Positions 37,653 to 46,010 are shown, counted from the stretch's first letter. The stretch is 49,247 bases of DNA from Candidatus Woesearchaeota archaeon (GCA_964608525.1 CAZSNJ010000002.1:1-49247); one strand, 5' to 3'. The notes: generated from the letters alone by a model not told the origin. Made by a program: numbers and translations.

Positions 37653-37705
37653 GATAGTGGAATTTAGATTTAGTTTATAAATATTATGTAAGAATTATAG
37701 AAAAA

Positions 37706-38158
37706 TTAAAGATGTTTTAGTTTTTTGAATTTAAAAAAATCATGTACTAAAGAGATTCTATCTATTCTATCCATAAAAAATCTACTATAAGTTATATCTA
37801 GAAATAAATGAAAAGTAAACCCTATAAAAATAAATAGAAAATATTTTGAAAATATTGTAAATAGTAAAAGAACTAATAAAATTTCGGTTCCATGTAAAAA
37901 ACAAAAACCACCATATACTTTATTTCTTTGAGTTCTTGAAAGAGTATGGAATTTTTTTGTTTTTTTGATAAACCAACTATAAGCATTATTTATTTTCCAA
38001 TCTTTTTTCTTATAAACATAGTAGATATAATGGTCAACATCAATTAAAACAGTTGAAGAAAAAATTAATAAAAATCCAATTAATCCTATTTGTGGGAAAA
38101 TTGCAAGTAAAATCAATGCGAAAATTAATCCTAATGCTAAATGGCTTTGTACATACAT
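37706..38158 (-). CDS. small integral membrane protein, possibly YdjM/DUF457-like metal-dependent hydrolase
   Basis: 150 aa with 4 TM segments. The conserved-looking SHLALG start, LIDVDHYIYY and FLHGTE resemble the DUF457 pattern (weak). Confidence 0.35.
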   Translation of the reverse strand: MYVQSHLALGLIFALILLAIFPQIGLIGFLLIFSSTVLIDVDHYIYYVYKKKDWKINNAYSWFIKKTKKFHTLSRTQRNKVYGGFCFLHGTEILLVLLLFTIFSKYFLFIFIGFTFHLFLDITYSRFFMDRIDRISLVHDFFKFKKLKHL

Positions 38159-38206
38159 TTTAAGGTTAAACGGAAGGGGTTTTTAAATTTTAAGGAGAGA
38201 TAATTA

Positions 38207-39727
38207 TTAATCCTCTTCTATCATCTTTATCATATCACTAAACGCGGGTCTTGTAATTAATACTCCTGCTGTTATTCCAATAATAGTTGTTATTGCAAAT
38301 CCCTTAAGTAAACCTGCCCCTGCCCATAATAAAGGAAGTAATGCAACTAAAGCTGTAAAATAAGCACCTAAGATAATTGTAAAAGCTCTTTTTAATCTTT
38401 GTTTTATACTTAAAAATTTACTTTGTTTAGATTCATCTAAAATAATAATTTGCTGGTCTATTCCAGTACCAATTGTTGCTAAAATTCCTGCAATACTTGG
38501 TAAATCAAGGTTCCATTCTATAAAAGATGCAATTCCTAAGATTATGATAATTTCAGAAATACTAGTAATTAATAATGCTAATGACGACTTAAATTTTTTA
38601 TATCTAAAAAAGATAATAACTGATACTACTAATAATGATGCAATACCTGCTAAAAAAATAGATTTTATAAATTCTTTTCCAAGTAAGGGAGAAACAGTAT
38701 CTAATTTAACTATTTCTAATTTATATGGAAGACTTCCTGTGATTAATATTGTCTGTAATTTATGCATTGAATCACTTGCATCATTATATGCCTGATCGTG
38801 TGTTTCTCCAAATCCTGAACCTGAAATTGATATTTGTGTGGTTATTCTCCCTTTAAGTCCTTCTCCAATAAAAAGGCTATCAACAAGTTTATCGTCTAAA
38901 TAAAGATCTAATTTTTCAGATAAATATTCGGGATTTGTTTCATTTAAATCTAAGTTTCCTGTTACTTCTGCATGTCTTTTTGCAGCATCTTCACTTAAAA
39001 AAATAGAAAATCTAAATCTACAAAAATATCCTTCACTTGAAGGATCACAAGTTTCAATAAATGCTTCTTGAGCACTTCTACTAACAGATGCTATATCTCT
39101 TTCTCCTCCAATAAAGATAGTTTCATTTCCTATTTTTGCTTCAAATTTTCCTTGTTTAGAAAGTATTTCTTTCAAATCTTTTGGTGTTGCGCCTGCAATT
39201 TCAACTAACATGAAATGATCTCCGGATAAGTCTGATACTGGAAGAACTTTTAAATCAGTAAGTCCAAATTCATTAAGTCTGTTGTTTGTTATATCAACCA
39301 AATCATTTATTTCTTGCGAAGTTAATTTTCTATCTTGTGCTTGAACTAAAGCACGTGAGCCTCCTGCTAAATCAAGTCCTGTTTTAATATTTGTTTTTGG
39401 AATAACTGATACAGTTATTTCTGGTGCATTTTTTGAAAATAGAATTACTTCAGAATTTTTTGTATTAAATATTGTTTTTATACTTTCATTAGACAAATAT
39501 TTTCCTTTCATAATTTTTGAAAAATCCTCTAAATTATCTATTTTCTTTCCATCAACTCCAATAATTATTTGTCCTTGTCTTAATCCTTCTTCAAATGCAG
39601 TTGAATTTGTTTCAACACTTGTAATTAATACTCCTTTTTGAAAAAATTGAGGGGGAAATCCAAAAATAGATAATAGAGACAAAACTAAGATAACTATTAA
39701 CAACCAAATCTTCCAAGTTAATTTCAT
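38207..39727 (-). CDS. secD: protein-export membrane protein SecD
   Basis: N-terminal TM, large extracytoplasmic domain, C-terminal 5-6 TM bundle (LAGIASLLVVSVIIFF...IAGILATIGTGIDQQIII...). The ATG at 39727 overlaps the SecF TGA stop (ATGA). Confidence 0.8.
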   Translation of the reverse strand: MKLTWKIWLLIVILVLSLLSIFGFPPQFFQKGVLITSVETNSTAFEEGLRQGQIIIGVDGKKIDNLEDFSKIMKGKYLSNESIKTIFNTKNSEVILFSKNAPEITVSVIPKTNIKTGLDLAGGSRALVQAQDRKLTSQEINDLVDITNNRLNEFGLTDLKVLPVSDLSGDHFMLVEIAGATPKDLKEILSKQGKFEAKIGNETIFIGGERDIASVSRSAQEAFIETCDPSSEGYFCRFRFSIFLSEDAAKRHAEVTGNLDLNETNPEYLSEKLDLYLDDKLVDSLFIGEGLKGRITTQISISGSGFGETHDQAYNDASDSMHKLQTILITGSLPYKLEIVKLDTVSPLLGKEFIKSIFLAGIASLLVVSVIIFFRYKKFKSSLALLITSISEIIIILGIASFIEWNLDLPSIAGILATIGTGIDQQIIILDESKQSKFLSIKQRLKRAFTIILGAYFTALVALLPLLWAGAGLLKGFAITTIIGITAGVLITRPAFSDMIKMIEED

Positions 39728-40599
39728 TTCTTCTTCTCCACATACCATTTAAGTATTGAAACATTTGTAATCCATGTATTAAGAATATCAAAACCAAGAC
39801 CAATAACTAAAACAGTAAAAATCTGAGTTAAAACAATTGAAAAAGATTTTACAACAAATAAGGCAAAAGTTATTGCAAGTAATGAGGTTAATGTCATTGT
39901 TAGTCCTGTTTTAAATGCGCCATATATTCTCTCATTTAAACTTCCTTCATCTCTTTTTAAAATTCTTGTTGTAAGCAATATATCTGTATCAACTGAATAA
40001 CCAATAAGCATTAAAAATGCAACAATTCCTGCACTTGAAATTTTCATTCCTAAAATATTTATCATTGTTAATGTCATCAAAATATCTGCAAATGCAGCAA
40101 TAATTACTGCGAGTGACGGAACAAATGTTCTAAAAATAAAAAATACAACAATTGCCATTAAAATAAATGCAAATAAAATAGCAATTAAAAGTTGCTTGTA
40201 AAAACTTTCACTTAAACTTGAACCAGTAAATTCAAAACTAGCATTTTCTCCATTTATTAGTTCATATCCTAAAAATTCTTCAAGTATTTTTTTTGCATCA
40301 TTTTCGTCTGATTTGGTTTCAATAATTAGTGCTATTTGTTCTCTTGTGACTAGATCATAAACTTCCCTAATATTTACATCTTCAAGATTTTCTCCAAGAA
40401 ATTTTTCTAAATTGAGTATATCTACCTTGTCATAAATTGTAACACTTGTTCCTCCTGTTAAAGAAATATCCTTATAGGCAAAATCATTGTTTTTTGAATA
40501 AAATACACTCATGTAAAATATAGAGAAAATCAAGAGTATTAACGGTATTAATAATAACCATTTGTAATATCTATCATGCCAGTTTTTTTGTTGTTCCAT
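39724..40599 (-). CDS. secF: protein-export membrane protein SecF
   Basis: Start at MEQQKNWHDRYYKWLLLIPL (ATG 40599). C-terminal TM bundle (IAILFAFILMAIVVFFIFR, GIVAFLMLIGYSVDTDILL). The 16 extra codons in the ORF track run into tRNA-Gly. Confidence 0.8.
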   Translation of the reverse strand: MEQQKNWHDRYYKWLLLIPLILLIFSIFYMSVFYSKNNDFAYKDISLTGGTSVTIYDKVDILNLEKFLGENLEDVNIREVYDLVTREQIALIIETKSDENDAKKILEEFLGYELINGENASFEFTGSSLSESFYKQLLIAILFAFILMAIVVFFIFRTFVPSLAVIIAAFADILMTLTMINILGMKISSAGIVAFLMLIGYSVDTDILLTTRILKRDEGSLNERIYGAFKTGLTMTLTSLLAITFALFVVKSFSIVLTQIFTVLVIGLGFDILNTWITNVSILKWYVEKKK

Positions 40600-40617
40600 T
40601 TTTTTTAAAGTATGAAA

Positions 40618-40705
40618 TGCGCGGACTGGGAATCGAACCCAGGACAACTGGTTTCTTCAATTAAACTCTTGGAAGCCAGTGATTTTACCGCTAAACTATC
40701 CACGC
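40618..40705 (-). tRNA. tRNA-Gly(UCC) with 17-nt intron at 37/38; no encoded CCA
   Basis: Hand-folded. Acceptor GCGTGGA/TCCGCGC (one G-U). D arm GTTT-AGCGGTA-AAAT. Anticodon stem ACTGG/CCAGT. Loop CTTCCA[intron 40653-40669]A. T arm CTGGG-TTCGATT-CCCAG. Discriminator A. Oligo-T follows the 3' end. Confidence 0.7.
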
Positions 40706-40751
40706 ATAAAATAATTATCCATAAATAGGTTTTAAAGTTTACTAATTAAAA

Positions 40752-40826
40752 CGCTCTCGGCAGGATTTGAACCTGCAACCTACAGATTAGGAATCTGCTA
40801 CGCTATCCAGATTGCGCCACGAGAGC
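40752..40826 (-). tRNA. tRNA-Arg(CCU); no encoded CCA
   Basis: Hand-folded. Acceptor GCTCTCG/CGAGAGC. D arm GCGC-AATCTGGATA-GCGT. Anticodon arm GCAGA-TTCCTAA-TCTGT. Variable AGGTT. T arm GCAGG-TTCAAAT-CCTGC. Discriminator G. TTTT follows the 3' end. Confidence 0.85.
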
Positions 40827-41804
40827 ATTGATTTTATTAAGGTGTCTTGGATTAGATGATCCAATTTCTTTCATCCATTTTTTTAATTGTATACTTCCTT
40901 TTAAAGTTATTCTACTTTGTCCTTTTTTACTATCATTCCTATCTTTTTTATATATAACTTTAAACCCTTCTTTTTTAAGGATATCATTCATCTGTTTAAT
41001 TAAAATTGGCGCTTTCATTTCAATTGCAATACAGGGATAAGGATTACCTACTGGAGTTTTATCAAGGTAAAAACAACCATCTGTATCAAAAATTCCTCTT
41101 ATAACATACTTTAAACTATTAAATCCTAAATTTAAGATTTTTTTATGAATCTTTAAATTTATTTTTTTACCTATTGGAAATTCTAATTCTTTATTTAATG
41201 TCTTAAGCAATGCTTTATGACTTATTTGTAGTTCAATACTATTATAATTTGGTCTTTCTTTAAGATAAGCTTTCCTATTAAATAATTCTTTAATATTTCT
41301 TTTACAATATAAAAAAAACTCTCTATCTAATTTTGAATGACCACTTATTCCAATCAAATTAATAGTTTTGTTTTTATGATGATATATCCCAATCCATCCA
41401 TCTCCAAGAAGGATACCATAAAACTCTAAAAATAAAGAATTTTTTAAATCTAATTTAGAAAGTTGTTCTATATATTTTCTTTTAGATTTTTTCCCTCCAT
41501 TTGACTGCCGTTTTCTAATTTCTTCACTACCATATTTTTTAAGAAGAACCTTATAAGTCTTTTTACCTCCTTTTGCTCTTCCCCAATTATTATTTTGTTT
41601 ATCTAAGATTTCTAAATCTTTAAAAATCTCTTTAGGAATTAATTTTTTTGGAATATATCTTTTATAATTATATCTCCATTCATCCAAAGTATTTCTAGAA
41701 ATCATCATTTTTTTAGATAAGTTTGATAAACTATTTGATTTATAATTCTCTTTAAAAAAATTAAATAAAATCCTTCTAGAATTTTTTGATATTAATAATC
41801 TCAT
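40803..41804 (-). CDS. free-standing double-motif LAGLIDADG-family endonuclease-like protein with basic/HTH-like N-terminal region
   Basis: Two LAGLIDADG motifs: FYGILLGDGWIG and VIRGIFDTDGCFYL. The N-terminal ISRNTLDEWRYN is HTH-like, followed by a K/R-rich linker. The last 8 codons overlap the 5' end of tRNA-Arg. Confidence 0.75.
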   Translation of the reverse strand: MRLLISKNSRRILFNFFKENYKSNSLSNLSKKMMISRNTLDEWRYNYKRYIPKKLIPKEIFKDLEILDKQNNNWGRAKGGKKTYKVLLKKYGSEEIRKRQSNGGKKSKRKYIEQLSKLDLKNSLFLEFYGILLGDGWIGIYHHKNKTINLIGISGHSKLDREFFLYCKRNIKELFNRKAYLKERPNYNSIELQISHKALLKTLNKELEFPIGKKINLKIHKKILNLGFNSLKYVIRGIFDTDGCFYLDKTPVGNPYPCIAIEMKAPILIKQMNDILKKEGFKVIYKKDRNDSKKGQSRITLKGSIQLKKWMKEIGSSNPRHLNKINALVAQSG

Positions 41805-41903
41805 TAATCTTTAAAGCATTTATTATTTTTAAATATTTCCTTATCCTTCTAAGCTACAAGTGTTATAGATTAAATTTTTAAAGAGTAATTTAGTTTAAAA
41901 AAG

Positions 41904-42176
41904 ATGTTACTTAGAGTATTTGGTATATTTGACATAGTTGCAGGATTGGTTTTAATATTAGAAAAAAGTTTAGCTTTGTCAAGTCAAATATTAATAATAT
42001 TTGGAATAATACTTCTTGCTAAATCTTCCTTAGGATTACTTAGAAATTTTGGTAGTTGGATTGATTTTTTAGTAGGTATAATTTTTCTTTTATCAATAAT
42101 TATTAACATTCCAACAGCAATAAACTTTATTTTAGGGGTTTTAGTTATTCAAAAAGGAATATTTAGTTTATTGTAA
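41904..42176 (+). CDS. small hypothetical membrane protein (90 aa, 3 TM)
   Basis: ATG ORF, hydrophobic throughout (FGIFDIVAGLVLIL, ILIIFGIILLA, FLVGIIFLLSIIINI). Confidence 0.4.
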   Translation: MLLRVFGIFDIVAGLVLILEKSLALSSQILIIFGIILLAKSSLGLLRNFGSWIDFLVGIIFLLSIIINIPTAINFILGVLVIQKGIFSLL

Positions 42177-42189
42177 TTTAGAAATCTAA

Positions 42190-42336
42190 TTATTTATCTG
42201 ATTTATACAACCAAATTATACTAAAAATAAAACAAATTAAAAAAAGAGAAAAAGTAATATCAAAAGTTCTAGAGATAAAAAGATCTACAGTTCCTGCACC
42301 AGTAATAATACTTGCAATAATTGCCTGTTTATTCAT
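42190..42336 (-). CDS. possible 48-aa membrane peptide (not in ORF track)
   Basis: Hand-translated: MNKQAIIASIITGAGTVDLFISRTFDITFSLFLICFIFSIIWLYKSDK. ATG at 42336, TAA at 42190-42192. Confidence 0.2.
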   Translation of the reverse strand: MNKQAIIASIITGAGTVDLFISRTFDITFSLFLICFIFSIIWLYKSDK

Positions 42337-42389
42337 TTTATCTTAAAAATAATCTTATTTATATATTTTTTGCATTATTCGAATAAAAA

Positions 42390-42473
42390 TGCGAGAGAAA
42401 GGATTCGAACCTTCGTAGGCACTAAGCCAGTAGATTTTGAGTCTACCCCGTTTGACCACTCCGGCACTCTCGC
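42390..42473 (-). tRNA. tRNA-Leu(CAA), class II long variable arm; no encoded CCA
   Basis: Hand-folded. Acceptor GCGAGAG/CTCTCGC. Anticodon arm GTAGA-CTCAAAA-TCTAC. Variable arm GGC-TTAGT-GCC. T arm GAAGG-TTCGAAT-CCTTT. Discriminator A. TTTTT follows the 3' end. Confidence 0.85.
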
Positions 42474-42510
42474 ATAAAAATATTATTATATTGAACTTTT
42501 TAAAATAGAA

Positions 42511-43227
42511 CTATTTACTAATTTTCTTAGAAACATCTTTTAAACCTTTTCTTAATTCATCAATAGATTTCTTAAAAATTTCTTTAACATCCAACTGTCC
42601 AAAAGATTCTAAAGTTATCATTAATTCACCTGTTGGAATAAGCTTTATTGAATCCTTTCCTTTTTTATGACAAACTTCAATACAAGCCTCACAATCATCA
42701 CATTTAATATTATCGTCAACTACTATTTTCCCATTTTCTGATTTTAAGATATTTTGTGTGCAAGCTTCAATTACTTCCTTTGGACAATCCTTATCTATTT
42801 TTAATTCAATGATATTCCTATAAAACATTAATCCAGGAGAAAATTTTGAATGTTCGCTTCCTTTTCCAAGTTTAGTTGTTGCAGTAAATTCTAATTCATA
42901 ATTTTTATTTAAAGAAGTTATTGGAATATTTTCATAAGCAACTTTTGCCTTACCTTTTAATTCTCCTGAGAAAACAATTCCTTCTTTTTTAGAAGATAAT
43001 TTAAGTTTAATAGGTGTTTTTTCTAATTTATCCATTTTTAATGGAATAAGACCTGTTCTATGAGCTATTGTTTCATCATACAAAGGCGAATCATTTTTAG
43101 AAATTTCTAATTCATCTATTGCAAGAATTGGTATTTGATTTAAGTATCTTCTTATAGCATTTGCAAGAGTTTCTTCTATTTTTGTACTAAATACAATTTG
43201 ATTTGGTTTTTGTTCTATTAGTTTCAT
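42511..43227 (-). CDS. rpoD: DNA-directed RNA polymerase subunit D (Rpo3)
   Basis: LANAIRRYLNQIPILAIDELEI...DETIAHRTGLIPL. Ferredoxin-like CDDCEACIEVC (CX2CX2CX3C) insert. Confidence 0.85.
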   Translation of the reverse strand: MKLIEQKPNQIVFSTKIEETLANAIRRYLNQIPILAIDELEISKNDSPLYDETIAHRTGLIPLKMDKLEKTPIKLKLSSKKEGIVFSGELKGKAKVAYENIPITSLNKNYELEFTATTKLGKGSEHSKFSPGLMFYRNIIELKIDKDCPKEVIEACTQNILKSENGKIVVDDNIKCDDCEACIEVCHKKGKDSIKLIPTGELMITLESFGQLDVKEIFKKSIDELRKGLKDVSKKISK

Positions 43228-43239
43228 TTTATATTATTT

Positions 43240-43671
43240 TTAAGGTCGTCTTCCCCTTCTTCCACCTTTTTTCTTAGGTCCGCCCCTTGGATTTCTTGTA
43301 GTATCTAAAATATTTAGTATTTTAAACCCTTCTCTTGATAAACTTTTTATTATTGCATGTGCTCCTGGACCTGGTGCAGGATTTCTTGTTTTTGTTCTTA
43401 TTCTAACATATAATGACTTAATATGTAATTCTTTTATTTGTTCGGATATTCTCTTTGCAATAAACATTGCAATTGTGGGATTAGCTTTAAGTCTATCATG
43501 TTTTGTGACCATTCCCCCTGTAACTTTTGCAAGTGTTTTTCCAGACATATCTGTTACATGAACAAGAGTATTATTAAATGACGTATAAATATTAACAATT
43601 GCTTCTATATCTTTAAATGGTTTTTTTTGAATATCTGTTAGTTTTTCCTTAGTTTCTAATTCTTGTTTCAT
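43240..43671 (-). CDS. rps11: 30S ribosomal protein uS11
   Basis: IVNIYTSFNNTLVHVTDMSGKTLAKVTGGM ... PGPGAHAIIKSLSREGFKI. Confidence 0.9.
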   Translation of the reverse strand: MKQELETKEKLTDIQKKPFKDIEAIVNIYTSFNNTLVHVTDMSGKTLAKVTGGMVTKHDRLKANPTIAMFIAKRISEQIKELHIKSLYVRIRTKTRNPAPGPGAHAIIKSLSREGFKILNILDTTRNPRGGPKKKGGRRGRRP

Positions 43672-44213
43672 TTTTTAATTTCCTCCTTATTTTCTTTTAC
43701 AGGAGTTTCTTCTTTTACTTCTTCTTGATTTTCCTCATTTTTAACCTCTTGCTTTTTTTCTTTCTTTGCTTTCTTTTTTAAAGAAATTTTTCCTTCTAAT
43801 TCTATTGGGACAATATATGAAGGACTATCAACAATATTTCCATTAACCAAAACTTTTTTATGAGTTATTAATTGCCTTGCACTTTTTGAAGTTGTTGAAA
43901 ATTTTTTTGATACAAGAATTGTCTGCAATCTTCTTTTTAAATAATCTTGTTTTTCTAAAGATAAAATATCTGCAATTGAATTTACATTTAATCCTATTTT
44001 TTTAAGTCTATTAAATAATGCTTTTTGTTCTTCTGGACTTGCAGAAATTAATGTTTTAGCTTTTTCTCTTATAGATTTAATTCTAGCTTCTGATTTCCAA
44101 ATTTCTTTTTTATTTTTCAATCCAAATTCTTTTTTTATTGATTCTTCCTGAACAAGTCTTTCTTTGTCAAATGGTCTTTTTGGTCTTGAATAGGATTTAT
44201 GTTTTCGTTTCAT
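43668..44213 (-). CDS. rps4: 30S ribosomal protein uS4
   Basis: KHKSYSRPKRPFDKERLVQE...FGLKNKKEIWK, S4 domain RRLQTILVSKKFSTTSKSARQLITHKKVLVNG. 4-nt overlaps with both neighbours. Confidence 0.9.
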   Translation of the reverse strand: MKRKHKSYSRPKRPFDKERLVQEESIKKEFGLKNKKEIWKSEARIKSIREKAKTLISASPEEQKALFNRLKKIGLNVNSIADILSLEKQDYLKRRLQTILVSKKFSTTSKSARQLITHKKVLVNGNIVDSPSYIVPIELEGKISLKKKAKKEKKQEVKNEENQEEVKEETPVKENKEEIKK

Positions 44214-44683
44214 TTCTTTACTCCTTTCTTTTTAATTCCTGCACCTCTACGCCTATTCCTTCTAAAATTACTTCTTGTTCTTTGACCTCTTACTGGCAAA
44301 TTTGACATATGCCGATATCCCTTATAACTTTTAATTTTTTTTAGTCTTTTAATATCAAATTCTGTTTGTAAATCTAAATTGCCTCCAACTAAATGTTTAT
44401 CCTCTCCTGTTTCAAAATCAGTTCTTCTGTTAATTAAATGTCTTAGTAACTTTGGATTTTTTATGAATTCTGAAATTTTTTTAATTTCTTCGTCTGTTAA
44501 AGATCCTATCTTTCTATTTTTATCAAATTTTAATATTTTGCAAACAGCATTAGACATTGCCCATGAAACCCCTTTTATTTTTGCAAGTCCCGGATAAAGT
44601 TTCATTTTTCCTTCTATATCTTTTGATAAAATTCTAACTATTCTTTCTTCATGTTTTTTTTCTAATTCTGTTTTTTGTTCCAT
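44210..44683 (-). CDS. rps13: 30S ribosomal protein uS13
   Basis: IVRILSKDIEGKMKLYPGLAKIKGVSWAMSNAVC ... SYKGYRHMSNLPVRGQRTRSN. Confidence 0.9.
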   Translation of the reverse strand: MEQKTELEKKHEERIVRILSKDIEGKMKLYPGLAKIKGVSWAMSNAVCKILKFDKNRKIGSLTDEEIKKISEFIKNPKLLRHLINRRTDFETGEDKHLVGGNLDLQTEFDIKRLKKIKSYKGYRHMSNLPVRGQRTRSNFRRNRRRGAGIKKKGVKK

Positions 44684-44684
44684 T

Positions 44685-45221
44685 TTATTGTGTAAATAAA
44701 TTATATCTTTCTATATTTGTTAATTCCTGAATTATTCTTTTTTCAATTGCTTTTTCTGGATGAGGAAGATTTGATATTCTTTTACTTATATCGTCATATG
44801 ACTCAAATTCTTTTTGTTCTCTTTGTTCTAGAATTTCGTGCATATATTTTTTCCCTAAACCCGGAAGCAATTCTAATTGATGTAGTCTTTTATTTATTGC
44901 ATCTGCCTTATTAAAAAATTCAATAAATTCTTTTTCTCTTTCTTTTACTATTTTACTAATAAATGTTTCTAATTGCTCTTTTGCAGCTTCTGTTAATTTT
45001 TCTTTATGAAGTCTTCCAAGAATATAATAGATCTTATCCCTTTTACCTTCTCCAATATAAACTTTTTCTCCAATTTCAAGAGATTCTCCTTTTCTAGGAA
45101 CTAATTCTAAAAGAGTTAATTTTGTTTCTCCAATTGCTTGAGCAATAGGCATCATTTTCCCTTCTAAAGGATACCCATTTGGTAAATATTCTAAGACTAT
45201 TGCAGATTCTTCTTTTTCCAT
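44685..45221 (-). CDS. DUF655/COG1491-type predicted RNA-binding protein (archaeal)
   Basis: AIVLEYLPNGYP...AQAIGETKLTLLELVPRKG...FFNKADAINKRLHQLELLPGLGKK (HhH-like). Usual archaeal neighbour of rpoF and eL21. Confidence 0.65.
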   Translation of the reverse strand: MEKEESAIVLEYLPNGYPLEGKMMPIAQAIGETKLTLLELVPRKGESLEIGEKVYIGEGKRDKIYYILGRLHKEKLTEAAKEQLETFISKIVKEREKEFIEFFNKADAINKRLHQLELLPGLGKKYMHEILEQREQKEFESYDDISKRISNLPHPEKAIEKRIIQELTNIERYNLFTQ

Positions 45222-45226
45222 TTTTC

Positions 45227-45517
45227 TTATTTGAATTCTTTGACTGTTTCAAGTATTTTTTTTGTTTCATCCTCATCTAAACTAACCCCTACAAAAATTT
45301 TATTTAAATCTTCTGTATTTTCTGGGAAAATGTCAATTATTTTAGCTATATGTTCTTCTTTTAGTTTCATTAAATCAAGGGAATTTAGTTTATTTTTTAA
45401 TTCACTTGCATCTTTTGAATCTACTTTTATAAATTTTTTTATAAATCCTTCTGTTTCGCTTTTCTTTAGATATTTAAGACCTTCAGCCATACTTATCGGT
45501 TGCATGTTTTTTATCAT
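45227..45517 (-). CDS. rpoF: DNA-directed RNA polymerase subunit F (Rpo4)
   Basis: 96 aa. ISMAEGLKYLKK...ASELKNKLNSLDLMKLKEEHIAKIIDIFPENTEDLNKIF pattern, and conserved position between eL21 and DUF655. Confidence 0.6.
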   Translation of the reverse strand: MIKNMQPISMAEGLKYLKKSETEGFIKKFIKVDSKDASELKNKLNSLDLMKLKEEHIAKIIDIFPENTEDLNKIFVGVSLDEDETKKILETVKEFK

Positions 45518-45518
45518 T

Positions 45519-45776
45519 TTATTTAATCTGTTTTATTTTTTTTAAATGTATTGGCTCAATTAAAAACCTTTTTTCCTTATTTATATCCTTAATTCTTATA
45601 ATATATGCTTTTCCCCTTTTAGATTCAATTACTCCTGTTTTGCCTTGAAGTCTTTTTGGAAAACTTGCAGAAACTGCTAATTCTCTAACAACTGCTACAC
45701 TATCTCCTTTAACAAATTCTTGAAAGTACTTACTAAGCTGCAATTTTCCTTTTGTTCGAACTAGCTTTTTCTTCAT
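45519..45776 (-). CDS. rpl21e: 50S ribosomal protein eL21 (L21e)
   Basis: KGDSVAVVRE...FPKRLQGKTGVIESKRGKAYIIRIKD..KEKRFLIEPIHLKKI. Confidence 0.85.
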   Translation of the reverse strand: MKKKLVRTKGKLQLSKYFQEFVKGDSVAVVRELAVSASFPKRLQGKTGVIESKRGKAYIIRIKDINKEKRFLIEPIHLKKIKQIK

Positions 45777-45817
45777 AAATAAACCAGAAATAATCTATTT
45801 AAAAAACTTCTCTTTAG

Positions 45818-45982
45818 TTAATTTGTATGGCATAAATCTCCTTTTTCTCTTGCGTCTTCCATATTCTTAACAATTGTATTAAACATTTTTTCTCCCCATG
45901 CTCCTTTTCCACATTTATCACAAACATCAATAACACTCTCTTTAGGAACATCTGTTTTACAATAAATACATTTTTTGATCAT
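45818..45982 (-). CDS. possible 54-aa zinc-ribbon protein (not in ORF track)
   Basis: Hand-translated: MIKKCIYCKTDVPKESVIDVCDKCGKGAWGEKMFNTIVKNMEDAREKGDLCHTN. CxxC-x12-CxxC. Confidence 0.4.
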   Translation of the reverse strand: MIKKCIYCKTDVPKESVIDVCDKCGKGAWGEKMFNTIVKNMEDAREKGDLCHTN

Positions 45983-46010
45983 CTTTTTTATTTGAAAAGA
46001 AAAATAGTTT

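Noticed and set aside
40600-40647. The TTG-initiated 16-codon extension of SecF.
   Set aside because: It overlaps the 3' half of tRNA-Gly. The ATG at 40599 (MEQQKNWHDRYYKW) gives a normal SecF N-terminus.
40618-40705. Alternative reading of this tRNA as tRNA-Trp(CCA) with a 15-nt intron.
   Set aside because: That register needs a C-A mismatch in the anticodon stem and a T-T mismatch in the D stem, and it places the splice sites asymmetrically. The Gly(UCC) register gives a perfect 5-bp anticodon stem, a better D stem and symmetric bulge cleavage.
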